A stretch of DNA of 64,000 nt from Auanema rhodensis (taxonomy: Eukaryota; Animalia; Nematoda), in the NCBI GenBank assembly GCA_964057225.1, contig OZ059897.1, positions 18,538,001 through 18,602,000 on the forward strand. The letters are read 5' to 3'. The notes beneath the pieces are model-generated. The model made no database searches, was not told where the DNA came from, and was given only the letters and a program-made list of their open reading frames with translations. A program made the position numbers and the translations under genes. Shown here one piece after another: positions 25,101-38,638 of this stretch (positions are counted from its first letter, which is position 1; every line of letters starts with the position of its first letter).

Positions 25101-28100
25101 TTTCGAAAAATTTCAAAATAATTTAGCAAAAAGTAGATGTTTTTAGATTTCATTTTTCAAGGCAAAGACGATGGACAATGTTATTCAACGAAAAAATTAA
25201 TTCTTCAGGGTGAAAATCGAGGATATAAGTGTGAACTTATAAAAGTTGATATCTCGGTGCATTTTTAAGCTAGCGCAAATCTGATAACACAGATCGACGC
25301 AGCTTAAAAATCCGCATCGAATGCACTATACTACATTGAGAAACGCTTGATACAAAAATTAGTTATAATCGTTTGAAAAATGATGCATTAGTGTATGTTG
25401 AGTTTCCATGTACACTCAACATTGCTTCCAAAAACATTTTGACAAAAATTTTTTCGAAAAATTTCAAAATAATTTAGCAAAAAGTAGATGGTTTTTAGAT
25501 TCCATTTTTCAAGGCAAAGACGATGGACAATGTTATTCAACGAAAAAGTTAATTCTTCAGGGTGAAAATCGAGGATATAAGTGTGAACTTATATCAGTTG
25601 ATATCTCGGTGCATTTTTAAGCTAGCGCAAATCTGATAACACAGATCGACGCAGCTTAAAAATCCGCATCGAATGCACTATACTACATTGAAGAACGCTT
25701 AATACAAAAATTAGTTATGATCGTTTGAAAAATGATGCATTAGTGTATGTTGAGTTTCCATGTACACTCAACATTGCTTCCAAAAACATTTTGACAAAAA
25801 TTTTTTCGAAAAATTTCAAAATAATTTAGCAAAAAGTAGATGTTTTTAGATTCCTTTTTTCAAGGCAAAGACGATGGACAATGTTATTCAACGAAAAAAT
25901 TAATTCTTCAGGGTGAAAATCGGGTATATATGTGTGAACTTATATCAGTTGATATCTCGGTGCATTTTTAAGCTAGCGCAAATCTGATAACACAGATCGA
26001 CGCAGCTTGAAAATCCGCATCGAATGCACTACACTACATTGAAGAACGCTTGATACAAAAATTAGTTATGATCGTTTGAAAAATGATGCATTAGTGTATG
26101 TTGAGTTTCCATGTACACTCAACATTGCTTCCAAAAACATTTTGACAAAAATTTTTTCGAAAAATTTCAAAATAATTTAGCAAAAAGTAGATGTTTTTAG
26201 ATTCCTTTTTTCAAGGCAAAGACGATGGACAATGTTATTCAACGAAAAAATTAATTCTTCAGGGTGAAAATCGGGTATATATGTGTGAACTTATATCAGT
26301 TGATATCTCGGTGCATTTTTAAGCTAGCGCAAATCTGATAACACAGATCGACGCAGCTTGAAAATCCGCATCGAATGCACTACACTACATTGAAGAACGC
26401 TTGATACAAAAATTAGTTATGATCGTTTGAAAAATGATGCATTAGTGTATGTTGAGTTTCCATGTACACTCAACATTGCTTCCAAAAACATTTTGACAAA
26501 AATTTTTTCGAAAAATTTCAAAATAATTTAGCAAAAAGTAGATGTTTTTAGATTCCTTTTTTCAAGGCAAAGACGATGGACAATGTTATTCAACGAAAAA
26601 ATTAATTCTTCAGGGTGAAAATCGGGTATATATGTGTGAACTTATATCAGTTGATATCTCGGTGCATTTTTAAGCTAGCGCAAATCTGATAAAACAGATC
26701 GACGCAGCTTAAAAATCCGCATCGAATGCACTATACTACATTGAAGAACGCTTGATACAAAAATTAGTTATGATCGTTTGAAAAATGATGCATTAGTGTA
26801 TGTTGAGTTTCCATGTACACTCAACATTGCTTCCAAAAACATTTTGACAAAAATTTTTTCGAAAAATTTCAAAATAATTTAGCAAAAAGTAGATGTTTTT
26901 AGATTCCTTTTTTCAAGGCAAAGACGATGGACAATGTTATTCAACGAAAAAATTAATTCTTCAGGGTGAAAATCGGGTATATATGTGTGAACTTATATCA
27001 GTTGATATCTCGGTGCATTTTTAAGCTAGCGCAAATCTGATAACACAGATCGACGCAGCTTGAAAATCCGCATCGAATGCACTACACTACATTGAAGAAC
27101 GCTTGATACAAAAATTAGTTATGATCGTTTGAAAAATGATGCATTAGTGTATGTTGAGTTTCCATGTACACTCAACATTGCTTCCAAAAACATTTTGACA
27201 AAAATTTTTTCGAAAAATTTCAAAATAATTTAGCAAAAAGTAGATGTTTTTAGATTCCTTTTTTCAAGGCAAAGACGATGGACAATGTTATTCAACGAAA
27301 AAATTAATTCTTCAGGGTGAAAATCGGGTATATATGTGTGAACTTATATCAGTTGATATCTCGGTGCATTTTTAAGCTAGCGCAAATCTGATAAAACAGA
27401 TCGACGCAGCTTAAAAATCCGCATCGAATGCACTATACTACATTGAAGAACGCTTAATACAAAAATTAGTTATGATCGTTTGAAAAATGATGCATTAGTG
27501 TATGTTGAGTTTCCATGTACACTCAACATTGCTTCCAAAAACATTTTGACAAAAATTTTTTCGAAAAATTTCAAAATAATTTAGCAAAAAGTAGATGTTT
27601 TTAGATTCCTTTTTTCAAGGCAAAGACGATGGACAATGTTATTCAACGAAAAAATTAATTCTTCAGGGTGAAAATCGGGTATATATGTGTGAACTTATAT
27701 CAGTTGATATCTCGGTGCATTTTTAAGCTAGCGCAAATCTGATAACACAGATCGACGCAGCTTGAAAATCCGCATCGAATGCACTATACTACATTGAGAA
27801 ACGCTTAATACAAAAATTAGTTATGATCGTTTGAAAAATGATGCATTAGTGTATGTTGAGTTTCCATGTACACTCAACATTGCTTCCAAAAACATTTTGA
27901 CAAAAATTTTTTCGAAAAATTTCAAAATAATTTAGCAAAAAGTAGATGTTTTTAGATTTCATTTTTCAAGGCAAAGACGATGGACAATGTTATTCAACGA
28001 AAAAGTTAATTCTTCAGGGTGAAAATCGAGGATATAAGTGTGAACTTATAAAAGTTGATATCTCGGTGCATTTTTAAGCTAGCGCAAATCTGATAACACA

Positions 28101-30999
28101 AATCGACGCAGCTTAAAAATCCGCATCGAATGCACTATACTACATTGAGAAACGCTTGATACAAAAATTAGTTATAATCGTTTGAAAAATGATGCATTAG
28201 TGTATGTTGAGTTTCCATGTACACTCAACATTGCTTCCAAAAACATTTTGACAAAAATTTTTTCGAAAAATTTCAAAATAATTTAGCAAAAAGTAGATGG
28301 TTTTTAGATTCCATTTTTCAAGGCAAAGACGATGGACAATGTTATTCAACGAAAAAGTTAATTCTTCAGGGTGAAAATCGAGGATATAAGTGTGAACTTA
28401 TATCAGTTGATATCTCGGTGCATTTTTAAGCTAGCGCAAATCTGATAACACAGATCGACGCAGCTTAAAAATCCGCATCGAATGCACTATACTACATTGA
28501 AGAACGCTTAATACAAAAATTAGTTATGATCGTTTGAAAAATGATGCATTAGTGTATGTTGAGTTTCCATGTACACTCAACATTGCTTCCAAAAACATTT
28601 TGACAAATATTTTTCGAAAAATTTCAAAATAATTTAGCAAAAAGTAGATGTTTTTAGATTCCTTTTTTCAAGGCAAAGACGATGGACAATGTTATTCAAC
28701 GAAAAAATTAATTCTTCAGGGTGAAAATCGGGTATATATGTGTGAACTTATATCAGTTGATATCTCGGTGCATTTTTAAGCTAGCGCAAATCTGATAACA
28801 CAGATCGACGCAGCTTGAAAATCCGCATCGAATGCACTACACTACATTGAAGAACGCTTGATACAAAAATTAGTTATGATCGTTTGAAAAATGATGCATT
28901 AGTGTATGTTGAGTTTCCATGTACACTCAACATTGCTTCCAAAAACATTTTGACAAAAATTTTTTCGAAAAATTTCAAAATAATTTAGCAAAAAGTAGAT
29001 GGTTTTTAGATTCCATTTTTCAAGGCAAAGACGATGGACAATGTTATTCAACGAAAAAATTAATTCTTCAGGGTGAAAATCGAGGATATAAGTGTGAACT
29101 TATATCAGTTGATATCTCGGTGCATTTTTAAGCTAGCGCAAATCTGATAACACAGATCGACGCAGCTTAAAAATCCGCATCGAATGCACTATACTACATT
29201 GAAGAACGCTTAATACAAAAATTAGTTATGATCGTTTGAAAAATGATGCATTAGTGTATGTTGAGTTTCCATGTACACTCAACATTGCTTCCAAAAACAT
29301 TTTGACAAAAATTTTTTCGAAAAATTTCAAAATAATTTAGCAAAAAGTAGATGTTTTTAGATTTCATTTTTCAAGGCAAAGACGATGGACAATGTTATTC
29401 AACGAAAAAGTTAATTCTTCAGGGTGAAAATCGAGGATATAAGTGTGAACTTATAAAAGTTGATATCTCGGTGCATTTTTAAGCTAGCGCAAATCTGATA
29501 ACACAGATCGACGCAGCTTAAAAATCCGCATCGAATGCACTATACTACATTGAGAAACGCTTGATACAAAAATTAGTTATAATCGTTTGAAAAATGATGC
29601 ATTAGTGTATGTTGAGTTTCCATGTACACTCAACATTGCTTCCAAAAACATTTTGACAAAAATTTTTTCGAAAAATTTCAAAATAATTTAGCAAAAAGTA
29701 GATGGTTTTTAGATTCCATTTTTCAAGGCAAAGACGATGGACAATGTTATTCAACGAAAAAGTTAATTCTTCAGGGTGAAAATCGAGGATATAAGTGTGA
29801 ACTTATATCAGTTGATATCTCGGTGCATTTTTAAGCTAGCGCAAATCTGATAACACAGATCGACGCAGCTTAAAAATCCGCATCGAATGCACTATACTAC
29901 ATTGAAGAACGCTTAATACAAAAATTAGTTATGATCGTTTGAAAAATGATGCATTAGTGTATGTTGAGTTTCCATGTACACTCAACATTGCTTCCAAAAA
30001 CATTTTGACAAAAATTTTTTCGAAAAATTTCAAAATAATTTAGCAAAAAGTAGATGTTTTTAGATTCCTTTTTTCAAGGCAAAGACGATGGACAATGTTA
30101 TTCAACGAAAAAATTAATTCTTCAGGGTGAAAATCGGGTATATATGTGTGAACTTATATCAGTTGATATCTCGGTGCATTTTTAAGCTAGCGCAAATCTG
30201 ATAACACAGATCGACGCAGCTTGAAAATCCGCATCGAATGCACTACACTACATTGAAGAACGCTTGATACAAAAATTAGTTATGATCGTTTGAAAAATGA
30301 TGCATTAGTGTATGTTGAGTTTCCATGTACACTCAACATTGCTTCCAAAAACATTTTGACAAAAATTTTTTCGAAAAATTTCAAAATAATTTAGCAAAAA
30401 GTAGATGGTTTTTAGATTCCATTTTTCAAGGCAAAGACGATGGACAATGTTATTCAACGAAAAAATTAATTCTTCAGGGTGAAAATCGAGGATATAAGTG
30501 TGAACTTATATCAGTTGATATCTCGGTGCATTTTTAAGCTAGCGCAAATCTGATAACACAGATCGACGCAGCTTAAAAATCCGCATCGAATGCACTATAC
30601 TACATTGAAGAACGCTTAATACAAAAATTAGTTATGATCGTTTGAAAAATGATGCATTAGTGTATGTTGAGTTTCCATGTACACTCAACATTGCTTCCAA
30701 AAACATTTTGACAAAAATTTTTTCGAAAAATTTCAAAATAATTTAGCAAAAAGTAGATGTTTTTAGATTCCTTTTTTCAAGGCAAAGACGATGGACAATG
30801 TTATTCAACGAAAAAATTAATTCTTCAGGGTGAAAATCGGGTATATATGTGTGAACTTATATCAGTTGATATCTCGGTGCATTTTTAAGCTAGCGCAAAT
30901 CTGATAACACAGATCGACGCAGCTTGAAAATCCGCATCGAATGCACTACACTACATTGAAGAACGCTTAATACAAAAATTAGTTATGATCGTTTGAAAA

Positions 31000-33900
31000 A
31001 TGATGCATTAGTGTATGTTGAGTTTCCATGTACACTCAACATTGCTTCCAAAAACATTTTGACAAAAATTTTTTCGAAAAATTTCAGAATAATTTAGCAA
31101 AAAGTAGATGGTTTTTAGATTCCATTTTTCAAGGCAAAGACGATGGACAATGTTATTCAACGAAAAAATTAATTATTCAGGGTGAAAATCGAGGATATAA
31201 GTGTGAACTTATATCAGTTGATATCTCGGTGCATTTTTAAGCTAGCGCAAATCTGATAACACAGATCGACGCAGCTTAAAAATCCGCATCGAATGCGCTA
31301 TACTACATTGAGAAACGCTTAATACAAAAATTAGTTATGATCGTTTGAAAAATGATGCATTAGTGTATGTTGAGTTTCCATGTACACTCAACATTGCTTC
31401 CAAAAACATTTTGACAAAAATTTTTTCGAAAAATTTCAAAATAATTTAGCAAAAAGTAGATGGTTTTTAGATTCCATTTTTCAAGGCAAAGACGATGGAC
31501 AATGTTATTCAACGAAAAAATTAATTCTTCAGGGTGAAAATCGAGGATATAAGTGTGAACTTATATCAGTTGATATCTCGGTGCATTTTTAAGCTAGCGC
31601 AAATCTGATAACACAGATCGACGCAGCTTAAAAATCCGCATCGAATGCACTATACTACATTGAAGAACGCTTAATACAAAAATTAGTTATGATCGTTTGA
31701 AAAATGATGCATTAGTGTATGTTGAGTTTCCATGTACACTCAACATTGCTTCCAAAAACATTTTGACAAAAATTTTTTCGAAAAATTTCAAAATAATTTA
31801 GCAAAAAGTAGATGTTTTTAGATTCCTTTTTTCAAGGCAAAGACGATGGACAATGTTATTCAACGAAAAAATTAATTCTTCAGGGTGAAAATCGGGTATA
31901 TATGTGTGAACTTATATCAGTTGATATCTCGGTGCATTTTTAAGCTAGCGCAAATCTGATAACACAGATCGACGCAGCTTGAAAATCCGCATCGAATGCA
32001 CTACACTACATTGAAGAACGCTTAATACAAAAATTAGTTATGATCGTTTGAAAAATGATGCATTAGTGTATGTTGAGTTTCCATGTACACTCAACATTGC
32101 TTCCAAAAACATTTTGACAAAAATTTTTTCGAAAAATTTCAGAATAATTTAGCAAAAAGTAGATGGTTTTTAGATTCCATTTTTCAAGGCAAAGACGATG
32201 GACAATGTTATTCAACGAAAAAATTAATTATTCAGGGTGAAAATCGAGGATATAAGTGTGAACTTATATCAGTTGATATCTCGGTGCATTTTTAAGCTAG
32301 CGCAAATCTGATAACACAGATCGACGCAGCTTAAAAATCCGCATCGAATGCGCTATACTACATTGAGAAACGCTTAATACGAAAATTAGTTATGATCGTT
32401 TGAAAAATGATGCATTAGTGTATGTTGAGTTTCCATGTACACTCAACATTGCTTCCAAAAACATTTTGACAAAAATTTTTTCGAAAAATTTCAAAATAAT
32501 TTAGCAAAAAGTAGATGGTTTTTAGATTCCATTTTTCAAGGCAAAGACGATGGACAATGTTATTCAACGAAAAAATTAATTCTTCAGGGTGAAAATCGAG
32601 GATATAAGTGTGAACTTATATCAGTTGATATCTCGGTGCATTTTTAAGCTAGCGCAAATCTGATAACACAGATCGACGCAGCTTAAAAATCCGCATCGAA
32701 TGCACTATACTACATTGAAGAACGCTTAATACAAAAATTAGTTATGATCGTTTGAAAAATGATGCATTAGTGTATGTTGAGTTTCCATGTACACTCAACA
32801 TTGCTTCCAAAAACATTTTGACAAAAATTTTTTCGAAAAATTTCAAAATAATTTAGCAAAAAGTAGATGTTTTTAGATTCCTTTTTTCAAGGCAAAGACG
32901 ATGGACAATGTTATTCAACGAAAAAATTAATTCTTCAGGGTGAAAATCGGGAATATATGTGTGAACTTATATCAGTTGATATCTCGGTGCATTTTTAAGC
33001 TAGCGCAAATCTGATAACACAGATCGACGCAGCTTGAAAATCCGCATCGAATGCACTACACTACATTGAAGAACGCTTAATACAAAAATTAGTTATGATC
33101 GTTTGAAAAATGATGCATTAGTGTATGTTGAGTTTCCATGTACACTCAACATTGCTTCCAAAAACATTTTGACAAAAATTTTTTCGAAAAATTTCAAAAT
33201 AATTTAGCAAAAAGTAGATGGTTTTTAGATTCCATTTTTCAAGGCAAAGACGATGGACAATGTTATTCAACGAAAAAATTAATTATTCAGGGTGAAAATC
33301 GAGGATATAAGTGTGAACTTATATCAGTTGATATCTCGGTGCATTTTTAAGCTAGCGCAAATCTGATAACACAGATCGACGCAGCTTGAAAATCCGCATC
33401 GAATGCACTATACTACATTGAGAAACGCTTGATACAAAAATTAGTTATGATCGTTTGAAAAATGATGCATTAGTGTATGTTGAGTTTCCATGTACACTCA
33501 ACATTGCTTCCAAAAACATTTTGACAAAAATTTTTTCGAAAAATTTCAGAATAATTTAGCAAAAAGTAGATGGTTTTTAGATTCCATTTTTCAAGGCAAA
33601 GACGATGGACAATGTTATTCAACGAAAAAATTAATTATTCAGGGTGAAAATCGAGGATATAAGTGTGAACTTATATCAGTTGATATCTCGGTGCATTTTT
33701 AAGCTAGCGCAAATCTGATAACACAGATCGACGCAGCTTAAAAATCCGCATCGAATGCGCTATACTACATTGAGAAACGCTTAATACAAAAATTAGTTAT
33801 GATCGTTTGAAAAATGATGCATTAGTGTATGTTGAGTTTCCATGTACACTCAACATTGCTTCCAAAAACATTTTGACAAAAATTTTTTCGAAAAATTTCA

Positions 33901-36900
33901 AAATAATTTAGCAAAAAGTAGATGGTTTTTAGATTCCATTTTTCAAGGCAAAGACGATGGACAATGTTATTCAACGAAAAAATTAATTCTTCAGGGTGAA
34001 AATCGAGGATATAAGTGTGAACTTATATCAGTTGATATCTCGGTGCATTTTTAAGCTAGCGCAAATCTGATAACACAGATCGACGCAGCTTAAAAATCCG
34101 CATCGAATGCACTATACTACATTGAAGAACGCTTAATACAAAAATTAGTTATGATCGTTTGAAAAATGATGCATTAGTGTATGTTGAGTTTCCATGTACA
34201 CTCAACATTGCTTCCAAAAACATTTTGACAAAAATTTTTTCGAAAAATTTCAAAATAATTTAGCAAAAAGTAGATGTTTTTAGATTCCTTTTTTCAAGGC
34301 AAAGACGATGGACAATGTTATTCAACGAAAAAATTAATTCTTCAGGGTGAAAATCGGGTATATATGTGTGAACTTATATCAGTTGATATCTCGGTGCATT
34401 TTTAAGCTAGCGCAAATCTGATAACACAGATCGACGCAGCTTGAAAATCCGCATCGAATGCACTACACTACATTGAAGAACGCTTAATACAAAAATTAGT
34501 TATGATCGTTTGAAAAATGATGCATTAGTGTATGTTGAGTTTCCATGTACACTCAACATTGCTTCCAAAAACATTTTGACAAAAATTTTTTCGAAAAATT
34601 TCAGAATAATTTAGCAAAAAGTAGATGGTTTTTAGATTCCATTTTTCAAGGCAAAGACGATGGACAATGTTATTCAACGAAAAAATTAATTATTCAGGGT
34701 GAAAATCGAGGATATAAGTGTGAACTTATATCAGTTGATATCTCGGTGCATTTTTAAGCTAGCGCAAATCTGATAACACAGATCGACGCAGCTTAAAAAT
34801 CCGCATCGAATGCGCTATACTACATTGAGAAACGCTTAATACGAAAATTAGTTATGATCGTTTGAAAAATGATGCATTAGTGTATGTTGAGTTTCCATGT
34901 ACACTCAACATTGCTTCCAAAAACATTTTGACAAAAATTTTTTCGAAAAATTTCAAAATAATTTAGCAAAAAGTAGATGGTTTTTAGATTCCATTTTTCA
35001 AGGCAAAGACGATGGACAATGTTATTCAACGAAAAAATTAATTCTTCAGGGTGAAAATCGAGGATATAAGTGTGAACTTATATCAGTTGATATCTCGGTG
35101 CATTTTTAAGCTAGCGCAAATCTGATAACACAGATCGACGCAGCTTAAAAATCCGCATCGAATGCACTATACTACATTGAAGAACGCTTAATACAAAAAT
35201 TAGTTATGATCGTTTGAAAAATGATGCATTAGTGTATGTTGAGTTTCCATGTACACTCAACATTGCTTCCAAAAACATTTTGACAAAAATTTTTTCGAAA
35301 AATTTCAAAATAATTTAGCAAAAAGTAGATGTTTTTAGATTCCTTTTTTCAAGGCAAAGACGATGGACAATGTTATTCAACGAAAAAATTAATTCTTCAG
35401 GGTGAAAATCGGGAATATATGTGTGAACTTATATCAGTTGATATCTCGGTGCATTTTTAAGCTAGCGCAAATCTGATAACACAGATCGACGCAGCTTGAA
35501 AATCCGCATCGAATGCACTACACTACATTGAAGAACGCTTAATACAAAAATTAGTTATGATCGTTTGAAAAATGATGCATTAGTGTATGTTGAGTTTCCA
35601 TGTACACTCAACATTGCTTCCAAAAACATTTTGACAAAAATTTTTTCGAAAAATTTCAGAATAATTTAGCAAAAAGTAGATGGTTTTTAGATTCCATTTT
35701 TCAAGGCAAAGACGATGGACAATGTTATTCAACGAAAAAATTAATTATTCAGGGTGAAAATCGAGGATATAAGTGTGAACTTATATCAGTTGATATCTCG
35801 GTGCATTTTTAAGCTAGCGCAAATCTGATAACACAGATCGACGCAGCTTGAAAATCCGCATCGAATGCACTATACTACATTGAGAAACGCTCGATACAAA
35901 AATTAGTTATGATCGTTTGAAAAATGATGCATTAGTGTATGTTGAGTTTCCATGTACACTCAACATTGCTTCCAAAAACATTTTGACAAAAATTTTTTCG
36001 AAAAATTTCAGAATAATTTAGCAAAAAGTAGATGGTTTTTAGATTCCATTTTTCAAGGCAAAGACGATGGACAATGTTATTCAACGAAAAAATTAATTAT
36101 TCAGGGTGAAAATCGAGGATATAAGTGTGAACTTATATCAGTTGATATCTCGGTGCATTTTTAAGCTAGCGCAAATCTGATAACACAGATCGACGCAGCT
36201 TAAAAATCCGCATCGAATGCGCTATACTACATTGAGAAACGCTTAATACAAAAATTAGTTATGATCGTTTGAAAAATGATGCATTAGTGTATGTTGAGTT
36301 TCCATGTACACTCAACATTGCTTCCAAAAACATTTTGACAAAAATTTTTTCGAAAAATTTCAAAATAATTTAGCAAAAAGTAGATGGTTTTTAGATTCCA
36401 TTTTTCAAGGCAAAGACGATGGACAATGTTATTCAACGAAAAAATTAATTCTTCAGGGTGAAAATCGAGGATATAAGTGTGAACTTATATCAGTTGATAT
36501 CTCGGTGCATTTTTAAGCTAGCGCAAATCTGATAACACAGATCGACGCAGCTTAAAAATCCGCATCGAATGCACTATACTACATTGAAGAACGCTTAATA
36601 CAAAAATTAGTTATGATCGTTTGAAAAATGATGCATTAGTGTATGTTGAGTTTCCATGTACACTCAACATTGCTTCCAAAAACATTTTGACAAAAATTTT
36701 TTCGAAAAATTTCAAAATAATTTAGCAAAAAGTAGATGTTTTTAGATTCCTTTTTTCAAGGCAAAGACGATGGACAATGTTATTCAACGAAAAAATTAAT
36801 TCTTCAGGGTGAAAATCGGGTATATATGTGTGAACTTATATCAGTTGATATCTCGGTGCATTTTTAAGCTAGCGCAAATCTGATAACACAGATCGACGCA

Positions 36901-37100
36901 GCTTGAAAATCCGCATCGAATGCACTACACTACATTGAAGAACGCTTAATACAAAAATTAGTTATGATCGTTTGAAAAATGATGCATTAGTGTATGTTGA
37001 GTTTCCATGTACACTCAACATTGCTTCCAAAAACATTTTGACAAAAATTTTTTCGAAAAATTTCAGAATAATTTAGCAAAAAGTAGATGGTTTTTAGATT
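31000..37100. repeat. Heptameric higher-order repeat (2462 bp, about 2.5 periods; trimer + tetramer)
   Basis: Rare markers recur at exactly 2462 bp: tacGaaa at 32381/34843 and cgggAat at 32952/35414. ORF starts pair at the same offset: 32083/34545/37007, 33138/35600 and 31380/33842/36304. Confidence 0.88.
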
Positions 37101-38638
37101 CCATTTTTCAAGGCAAAGACGATGGACAATGTTATTCAACGAAAAAATTAATTCTTCAGGGTGAAAATCGAGGATATAAGTGTGAACTTATATCAGTTGA
37201 TATCTCGGTGCATTTTTAAGCTAGCGCAAATCTGATAACACAGATCGACGCAGCTTGAAAATCCGCATCGAATGCACTACACTACATTGAAGAACGCTTA
37301 ATACAAAAATTAGTTATGATCGTTTGAAAAATGATGCATTAGTGTATGTTGAGTTTCCATGTACACTCAACATTGCTTCCAAAAACATTTTGACAAAAAT
37401 TTTTTCGAAAAATTTCAGAATAATTTAGCAAAAAGTAGATGGTTTTTAGATTCCATTTTTCAAGGCAAAGACGATGGACAATGTTATTCAACGAAAAAAT
37501 TAATTATTCAGGGTGAAAATCGAGGATATAAGTGTGAACTTATATCAGTTGATATCTCGGTGCATTTTTAAGCTAGCGCAAATCTGATAACACAGATCGA
37601 CGCAGCTTGAAAATCCGCATCGAATGCACTATACTACATTGAAGAACGCTTAATACAAAAATTAGTTATGATCGTTTGAAAAATGATGCATTAGTGTATG
37701 TTGAGTTTCCATGTACACTCAACATTGCTTCCAAAAACATTTTGACAAAAATTTTTTCGAAAAATTTCAAAATAATTTAGCAAAAAGTAGATGTTTTTAG
37801 ATTTCATTTTTCAAGGCAAAGACGATGGACAATGTTATTCAACGAAAAAATTAATTCTTCAGGGTGAAAATCGAGGATATAAGTGTGAACTTATAAAAGT
37901 TGATATCTCGGTGCATTTTTAAGCTAGCGCAAATCTGATAACACAGATCGACGCAGCTTAAAAATCCGCATCGAATGCACTATACTACATTGAAAAACGC
38001 TTGATACAAAAATTAGTTATAATCGTTTGAAAAATGATGCATTAGTGTATGTTGAGTTTCCATGTACACTCAACATTGCTTCCAAAAACATTTTGACAAA
38101 AATTTTTTCGAAAAATTTCAAAATAATTTAGCAAAAAGTAGATGGTTTTTAGATTCCATTTTTCAAGGCAAAGACGATGGACAATGTTATTCAACGAAAA
38201 AATTAATTCTTCAGGGTGAAAATCGAGGATATAAGTGTGAACTTATATCAGTTGATATCTCGGTGCATTTTTAAGCTAGCGCAAATCTGATAACACAGAT
38301 CGACGCAGCTTAAAAATCCGCATCGAATGCACTATACTACATTGAAGAACGCTTAATACAAAAATTAGTTATGATCGTTTGAAAAATGATGCATTAGTGT
38401 ATGTTGAGTTTCCATGTACACTCAACATTGCTTCCAAAAACATTTTGACAAAAATTTTTTCGAAAAATTTCAAAATAATTTAGTAAAAAGTAGATGTTTT
38501 TAGATTTCATTTTTCAAGGCAAAGACGATGGACAATGTTATTCAACGAAAAAATTAATTCTTCAGGGTGAAAATCGAGGATATAAGTGTGAACTTATAAA
38601 AGTTGATATCTCGGTGCATTTTTAAGCTAGCGCAAATC

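Larger units (their letters stand above)
16147..38638. repeat. Variant domain B (mix of 351- and 352-bp monomers)
   Basis: Variants first seen at or after 16147 and essentially gone by about 39.3 kb: cttGaaa (nt 25), attgaAGaa (59-60), cgGgTatataTgt (290/292/298), acttataAAagt (312-313), gattTcat, and a +G insertion in agatGgttttt (29 copies). Confidence 0.85.

Noticed and set aside
19432-38274. 29 near-identical 70-aa ORFs as a tandem gene family
   Set aside because: They are satellite monomers with a +G insertion. The same ATG leads to an early stop in the other roughly 150 copies. I recognise no domain, and the amino-acid composition mirrors the A/T tracts.
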